A stretch of 64,000 nucleotides of DNA from Octopus vulgaris (taxonomy: Eukaryota). Of this stretch, positions 56,225 through 64,000 are shown piece after piece (the first letter of the stretch is position 1; every line of letters starts with the position of its first letter). A program made the translations under genes and the position numbers. The notes below the pieces were generated by a model. The model saw only the letters and a program-made list of their open reading frames with translations. It did no database searches and was not told the origin of the DNA. The stretch covers positions 38,688,001-38,752,000 of the forward strand of contig OX597832.1 in the NCBI GenBank assembly GCA_951406725.2. The letters are read 5' to 3'.

Positions 56225-56412
56225 GTGAGAGAGAGAGAGAGACAGAGAGAGACAGAGAGAGACAGAGAGAGAGAGTAGTTGTATACTGTCAACTTAATGT
56301 GACAGTCCCATGAAAGGAATCACACTACTGTTATTTAGCCCTCGGAAGCATTAATGCTTCCTGTCGGCCTTGACACATTTCCTGTGTCTTTATGTTTCAT
56401 CAATTTATTACT

Positions 56413-56515
56413 ATTTCATTCGAATTCGATCTCAGGCCTATTGCTACATTATATAGGAATATATGCAGTTATTGATTCTTGAGCTGTCATTGTGATGACG
56501 AGTCTCTTCAGAATT
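56413..56515 (-). ncRNA. Decayed type I hammerhead
   Basis: Minus: aatt-CTGAAGA-gactc...gagatc-GAA-ttcgaat; GAAA box and cleavage site mutated. Confidence 0.3.
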
Positions 56516-56744
56516 ATGTATAAATGTCATTTACTGTAGACACTCGAGTTATCAATAATTCATGTCTATAACGAGTCGGGTGTCTTTAAATGAATAGATT
56601 TGCATATAACAAGGAGAATAAAGCAAAACATAGAACGGGTGTGAATTAACCGGTCAAGAAGAACGACGCAAAGAGAAACGAATAGAAAATTAAAGAAACA
56701 GTAAAACAAAACAAAACAAAAGAGAAAAGAGAAAACAGTCGAAT

Positions 56745-57123
56745 GCGAGTCGTTGCAGCCTTTCACTTCGCGAACTCTGACGGCACAGAGGAGGCGCGAA
56801 CGTGACACGTCGTCGCGCCCGCATCGCCTCCGCTCCGGTTAGGGACGGTGCGACGCGTGGTGCTTCGAAGCATGGTTTTTGGGTCGGGTCTGTGCGTTTG
56901 CGTCCGCCCGTGAGGGCCGCGTGTTCTCGCTCCTACTCAAGTGTGGCAGGCGGCCGGGGGATCCGAAAGATGGCGATCCACACCTGGTCGAGGTGAAATC
57001 AGAGGAAACTCTAGTGGAAGTCCGAAGCGCCTCTGACGAGCAAATCGAACCGAATGTAGAGGTGAATGGCCAGTCGAGCCGTCTCGTATCTGGTTCTCTC
57101 CGAGATCTCCCTCAGAATAGCTA
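56745..57123 (+). pseudogene. Degenerate 28S rRNA fragment (D3 region and downstream conserved core)
   Basis: ccgaaagatgg...cagaggaaactct.gtgga.gtccg.agcg..tctgacg.gcaaatcg...ctggttc.ctccga..tccctcag.atagct; left boundary approximate. Confidence 0.85.
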
Positions 57124-57131
57124 ACACCAGC

Positions 57132-57800
57132 ATGTATGTATGTATGTATGTATGTATGTATGTATGTATGTATGTATGTATGTATGTATGTATGTATGTA
57201 TGTATGTATGTATGAATACATGTATGTATGTATGTATGTATGTATGTATGTATATATGTATGTAAGTATGCATGGATGTATGTATGTATGTATGTATGTA
57301 TGTATGTGTGTATGTATGTATGTATGTATGTATGTATGTATGTATGTATGTATGTATGTATGTATGTATGTATGTATGTATGTATGTATGTATGTATGTA
57401 TGTATGTATGTATGTATGTATGTATGTATGTATGTATGTATGTATGTATGTATGTATGTATGTATGTATGTGTATGTATGTACGTATGTATGTATGTATG
57501 TATGTATGTATGTATGTATGTATGTATGTATGCATGTATGTATGTGTGTATGTATGTATGTATGCATGTATGTATGTATGTATGTATGCATGTATGTATG
57601 TATGTGTGTATGTATGTGTGTATGTATGTATGTATGTATGTATGTGTGTATGTGTGTGTGTATGTATGTGTGTATGTATGTATGCATGTATGTATGTATG
57701 TGTGTATGTATGTATGTATGTATGTATGTATGTGTGTATGTATATGTGTATGTATGTATATGTGTATGTATGTATGTATGCACACATATCTATCTATCTA
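57132..57800. repeat. (TATG)n microsatellite
   Basis: Direct inspection. Confidence 0.95.
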
Positions 57801-57928
57801 TCTATCTATTTATATATAATATATATATATATATATATATCGATACATTTACATATATACACATACTTACATTTCTGCTTCTGTCTGTATGTCTGTCTGT
57901 TTATCTCTGTATATATATATATATATAT

Positions 57929-57963
<35 letters not shown>

Positions 57964-58644
57964 GAGAGAGAGAAAGAGAAAGAGAAGTGAGGTGTGAGAG
58001 ATCCAAGACACCGCATTGCAGGTGTCTTGGATATTTACACAATATTCAGTTAGAATTAATTAATTCTCTTACCGCTGTTAGAGATATCTGCTTAGTTATT
58101 TGATCTACGAGCTGGAAAAGCCAGGTGAGAGTGCAAAAGAAGAAACGGTAATATTCAAGAACAATACCTTGTAGCTCCTGATAAAGAAACAAGCAGGGTC
58201 CACAGTGACCCTACTAAATTAGTCTATATTGATGTGGTTAATGTACATCTTTAAAAAATTTTGAAGGTTATTGTTGTACCTTATTCCAAATTGCTATAAT
58301 AAAATAAATTTAGTTATAACCATCCTCCCTTCTTTTGGAAACAAGTAGAACATTATCTAAGGCATCATTTTTTTAAGATAGTAGGGTAATTTAATAAAGA
58401 TTTACCTGCTATCTCTAGCGGATCTAGTGTCCACATAGGCTTCTACGTCTTTGAACGTCGACATGTTAATGAAAAATGTAAGTATTAATTCTATAATCGT
58501 TCCTAGAGATAAAGTCTAACGTTAGATATCTGCATAGTCTTTTGATCTGAAAGTTACAGGTAGAAAAGCAGGTGACAACACAGAGAAAGAAACGGTAATA
58601 TTCAGGAACGGGACCTTATTATAACTCCCTCGGAATTATGTTGT

Positions 58645-59212
58645 CCTCGGAACTAAATCCAACAGATTTCAAATTTGGTGTAGTTTTGTATGATCATTAT
58701 TGACATGAAATTCATTTTCGCCACAATCAATAGACAGTTAAAAGCTTTTAAAGTTTGCAAATTTTGAGTAATTTTTGCCAATCGAAAGCCACAGACATAT
58801 AGGTGCCTGTTTCCATAGTAACAAGCCAAAGCATTGTAAAAGCGTTTATAAAAAACCGTGTGTGTTTACAAATTGATATTTTATGCTGTGCTTTCCTGCT
58901 CCCACCCATCTTTTTCTGCTCTTAAAACTACAAAACTGTGTTGTTTACTCCTTTTTGGTAAGTTTTCGTTTATTAAATGCTATTGTCGCAATGTTGACAT
59001 TATTTATTTGTCATCTTACGATTGCAGTCACGCACAAGATGACAGCTTCCAAATCCTATTTTCTGACTGGGTGAAAATAATCAGAATTTAAACATCTGTA
59101 ACTTTTTTAAGCATGTTCCTGGAACAAATGAAATAGTCCCTGAGATTCAGCGAGAAAAATTACATCAATACACCAAATTTGAAAATTTTCACTTACGGAT
59201 TCTTTTATCCCG
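58645..59212. mobile_element. MITE-like element
   Basis: 16-bp inverted pair tttcaaatttggtgta (58667) / tacaccaaatttgaaa (59169) with weaker flanking complementarity. Confidence 0.5.
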
Positions 59213-59589
59213 TCAGAAAACGCACCATTTCAGTGTAAAATAGCGTTTGTTATGAGAAGGGAAAATGCCCTGAGGGTGGCTGTGAGGGTTGAAGAAAGAG
59301 CTAACAAACTGCCATCTTTAATCAAAATAAAATTGTTTTAAATTTCTTAAACTTGTCCAAGAATTACATGGATGCAAACTTTCTGTTAGAAATTATTGTC
59401 TCCATTGATTTAACCGTTCGCTTGAGGACATCAAGTCGATAATTAATTATTCATAATACAGAAGGCATCCTTTTGGGGTCGATAAAATAAGTACCAGTCG
59501 GACATTGGGGTCGATATCATCGACTTCTCCATCCCTTCTTCAAAATTATTGGCATTGTGCCAAAATTTGAAGTTATTATTATTATTATT

Positions 59590-60131
59590 GAGTGAGAGAG
59601 CAGTGCATGCCATTAAAGTGACACTGGGGTAAAATATACGGAGCCCAGTATACCCATCATGACTACCCGTCTGATAAGGGTACACTAGGCACATGCATCA
59701 CAACCATATGTGTGCGACATGGTGATAAACAGCACATGACCTTGCAGGTGGGGCCCAGTTAGAATTTTCTTCTGGTCGAGTAACCCATCCTGCTCAAAAG
59801 GTCCCTGAATAAGGGTTGTTTAAGGATGTTGAATGAAACACCCATGTTTCCAAAGGTGAATTATCCAAACTCCAAAGAATTCCTCTCTACATATGGCTAT
59901 GATGCTCCCCCACTACTTCTGCTCGTGATCAGAGATGCACATATCGTCAGCCACTAAGGGACATGCTCAACTGGTTAAGGTCAAACAACTGACAAGCAAA
60001 TCTGTGGCATTGAGCAGAATATTTGCTGTAGCCCATCTTTTATACCAACACAACACAATATACATGATAACACTTCCAATCAGTTAAGATCAGAAGCCAT
60101 AAGAGCCACTGTCCAGTACTGCATCAGGGCA
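59590..60131 (-). mobile_element. Family W repeat, near full length, in (ATT)n
   Basis: Reverse complement of 3132-3687. Confidence 0.9.
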
Positions 60132-60202
<71 letters not shown>

Positions 60203-60332
60203 CATTATTATTATTGTTGTTGTTGTTATTATTATTATTATTGTTATTTAAGAAATCATTATTATCGTTATTATTTTATTACCAGCTTGCTGATCTTGTG
60301 CCAAAATTTGAAACTAATATTTTGTCGGAGGA

Positions 60333-60528
60333 AGGCAGCGAGCTAGCAGAATCGTTACCACATCGGGCAAAATGCTTCGCGGCATTTCGTCTGTCTTTGC
60401 GCTTTGAGTTCAAATGTGGCAGGGGTTGACATTGCCTTTCATCATTTCGGGGTCGAGTATTGGGGTCGTTGTAATCGACTTACATCCACTCTTGAAATTG
60501 GCATTTTATCAAAATTTGAAATCAATAT
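60333..60528 (+). mobile_element. SINE family X, older copy
   Basis: Degenerate match to the family consensus. Confidence 0.7.
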
Positions 60529-61207
60529 TTGGTGGAAGGGAAAACCGATGTCTACCAATTTAAGAACTGCCAGTATAGCATAGGAGATAAAGGGACGGAG
60601 ATAAAGGGACGGAGTTTCTGCGTGATAGCTTTCTCAACTTGCTGGAAATAACAACCAAATGTTTCTTCCGCCTTTGCAACATCTTTTAAGATTTTAAAAA
60701 AGAGAAAGAAGGATACATTAGATAATGTGATCCCAGATACACTGTGTCGGAACAAAAGATGAGATGACCCTGTCAGCTGGAATGCTCTTTAATCAAATCA
60801 TTAACAACTACTGCTACAACAACGCTATAAAATGAGGTGCTGTTTTCTAGAAAGCTTTTATCAAGCAAACGGTTTGCCATAAATGGAAGGAGAAACAAAA
60901 GAACTAAGAAAGGTAATCATTGCTTTAAAACGAGTGATAACAATGTTGAATCGTAAAAGGAGATAAAGATATGAACGAAAGGAAAAAGGGAAGAAATTTT
61001 AAAAGGAAAATATGATTTAAGTTAAAGATTCACCAGGAATTTTATATTGATTAATTTTAAATTTATGAAAGAAATTAAAAATTGATTTTAAAAATTCAAG
61101 CAGGAAGGTGAATGTAAGCTGGATAAGATTTGAACTCATAAATCAAGTGTTAGAAAATGTTCCCCACGGTACTTAGTCGAAAGCTCTACAGATAATGTGA
61201 ACGCAGA

Positions 61208-61439
61208 AAGGTGGCGAGCTGGCAGAAACGTTAGCACGCCGGGCGAAATGCGTAGCCGTATTTCATCTGCCGATACGTTCTGAGTTCAAATTCCGCCAAG
61301 GTCAACTTTGCCTTTCATCTTTTCGGGGTCGATTAAATAAGTACCAGTTACACAATGGGGTCGATATAATCGACTTAATCCGTTTGACTGTCCTTGTTTG
61401 TCCCCTCTGTGTGTTTACCCTTGTGGGTAGTAAAGAAAT
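61208..61439 (+). mobile_element. SINE family X with 18-bp TSD
   Basis: agataatgtgaacgcaga at 61190-61207 and 61440-61457. Confidence 0.9.
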
Positions 61440-62569
61440 AGATAATGTGAACGCAGACCCCTAAAATTAATTAATTATTCATAATACAAGCGCATACACA
61501 TGTCATACAAATGCTCCGTCAAACTCGATGATACATATCAAGTTTTTCGCCAGCTGAATTACCAAGTGAGAATGTGATAAGCAAGTGGTCGGGTATTCTA
61601 GAGACTTATTTACCCTTACTGCAGTTCTGAAGTTGGGTGAGCGTGACAAACTGTAAAGCTGGACCTCAATTTATCGACTCCGAAAGGACGAAAAGAAAAG
61701 TTGACCTCGGCAGGGTTTGACCCCAGAATGCAAGTAGCTGGAACAAGCATTCTATCTGACGCGCTAGCGATTCTTCAAATTTGCTGTCACAAAAGCAAAG
61801 TTTGAAGAGAATAATAGTCAAATTCCTTTGATTTCTAGATAGAAGCAAATAGCAAATAACATTTATTGACCAAAAACAAAACCAAAATAATAAAAATTTT
61901 GTTACACAGTGTTATAATCAAGTATATATTAAACCGAGACAATACTTTATTACTAGGGTAAACATACGAAAGTTATCATATCATGTAACTTGACTGACTC
62001 ACAGTTCGTCCAGTAAAACCCACATTGGAGTGAAGAGGACATTAGTCAGGTATAAGGCATATACCTTGTCGTTGGCTCTAAACTCTTTGATTCAGTTGTG
62101 GTGCTAGGTGCCGCCATGATGTACAGCGTGCCTTGGGTAATTTCAGACTGGATGGAGCAGATCCCTCTTCTGATCTGACTATAACCGGTTTATAGCAACA
62201 AAAAAAATGACTCCAATTCAGGACTGGGACTTTATTTATCGACTAAGTAAGATTTAAAAGCAAAGCTGACCTCGGAGGAATTTTTAACTTAGAACGCTGA
62301 CAACCGGAACGACTTACTCAACGTAGTCTAACAACTCGGCCATTGATTCTTGGTCGTCGAATAGGAAAATGGCGATTAGTCACTAATGAGCTTGAAGCAA
62401 TTTACAGGTATTGCAAAGCATGGCTGTTTGGTTAAGAAGTTCGCTTTAGAGCCATGTGGTTTCGGGTTCGATCCTACTTGCACATTGGCCAAGTGAATTT
62501 CTACTATAGCCTCGGATCGACCATTGCCATGTGAATGTATTTGGCAGGCGGTAACTCTTTCTCTCTTTC

Positions 62570-62782
62570 GGCGAGCTGGCAGAAACGTTAGCACGCCGGA
62601 CGAAATGCTTAGCGGTATTTCGTCTGCCGTTACGTTCTGAGTTCAAATTCCGCCTTTCATCCTTTCGGGGTCGATAAATTAAGTACCAGTTACGCACTGG
62701 GGTCGATGTAATCGACTTAATCCATTTGTCTGTCCTTGTTTGTTCCCTCTATATTTAGCGCCTTGTGGGCAATAAAGAAATA
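62570..62782 (+). mobile_element. SINE family X with 20-bp TSD, nested in an older family Y copy (~62412-63090)
   Basis: ggtaactctttctctctttc at 62550-62569 and 62783-62802. Confidence 0.9.
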
Positions 62783-62837
62783 GGTAACTCTTTCTCTCTT
62801 TCTCTCTCTAACTTTCTCTCTCTCTCTCTCTCTCTAA

Positions 62838-62868
<31 letters not shown>

Positions 62869-62908
62869 TCCTTCTTTGTTTGTTTGTTTCTTTCTTTCTT
62901 TCTCTCAC

Positions 62909-62941
<33 letters not shown>

Positions 62942-64000
62942 GTTTGTTTTTTGTCTCCGTAACTTAGCGGTTCAGCAAAAATGATCGTTAGAAATACGTA
63001 CCAGAGTCTTTTTTAAAAAGAGTAATGCGTTTGATTTGTTCGACAGCACCCTTCAAGACAGTGCTCCTGCATGGCCGAATGCAACAATGAATGCAACAAA
63101 TATAAGTTAAAAGACAAGTTGGGGGGAAAAAAACTCAAGTGAGCTAAGAGAAATAACTCAAGTAGGCCAATGACATAAGCATTGATAAATAAGTGAAGTG
63201 TTGCTGTACTGAATGACATTCACAATAAAATAAAATTTTCTTCTGAGAGAACGAAAACAAATTGACCCAACAGTAATTACTAGCTACTATTAAGGAAAAC
63301 CTAATGTAACTTATTTCTTTAAGTTATCTCCCCCTTTTATTTGAGAGACTGTTGTGAATGACGCTAGGTTTTTGTGTTCTTTCTTCAATGAAGGAAATTT
63401 CAGATCATTTAGAATATTTTACGTACATCATTTAGCAAACCACTCCTTATTTTATTATTGAACAGCGGAGTATTCGGTAAGCGAAATTACTTTTTGATGG
63501 GCTCGCATCAAGCTGACAAGGAATTTGAATGAAAGTCATTAATGGATATAAAAAACGAAATGATTTGAGGCTAAAGAAAGAAGAATTTTGCTGTTGTTTG
63601 CTTAATGTATGTTCACCGAAAGATCATAAAAAAATAATAACAACAACAACAACGACAAAGGAATATTGAAATAAACGATTAGATTTGATGTCGTAAAAGA
63701 AGAAAAATACAATGATAAGATCGACATAAAATATTCCTTGTAACGAAAACTGCTGCGATTATACAGAGTGATGGTGACATAAAAATAAAATTTCCCAACA
63801 TATGTTGGGCGAAAATAATTTTAGTATTCAAAACCGCCAATAACTGAAATAAGCAATATTGCAATATTTTAAAGGGAATTTCCTTGTTTTGGCTTCGTCC
63901 ATTTACGAGATTAAAGCAGCCTTTGCATTTCTCGTCGCTTTTATAAAGTTGCTTAAGCTTTAGTTTTATAATAGATGTTAAGCTGCTGCAAGTGGAACCA

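Noticed and set aside
62109-62142. GCCGCCATG Kozak match followed by gtaatt
   Set aside because: Only seven codons, a weak donor, and no promoter or CpG context

Overview
Eukaryotic, AT-rich, microsatellite-saturated DNA with no intact host gene. The repeat content suggests an octopus/coleoid cephalopod; this is inference. Nearly all ORFs in the track are simple-repeat artefacts. Real coding remnants are a 5'-truncated Penelope-like element (RT + GIY-YIG), three mariner copies, a Tc1 and a hAT (Buster/Charlie-type) fragment, an RLE-type (R4/Dong-like) LINE 3' end, two RTE-like 3' ends with three C2H2 fingers, and a decayed 28S rRNA fragment. There are also about four SINE-like families and one candidate first exon with a promoter (~44.8-45.2 kb, minus). 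The main signal is RNA structure: about 19 hammerhead-ribozyme (HHR) motifs in short elements, most bordered by (TA)n. About 11 are Penelope-type minimal type I HHRs. Eight have the three core strands in a NON-circularly permuted order (UH strand, then GAAA strand, then CUGANGA strand) plus an extra helix. These show compensatory base changes across divergent copies and point to a mobile family of pseudoknotted or trans-assembling hammerheads. All pairings were read by eye; no folding, search or activity data were available.
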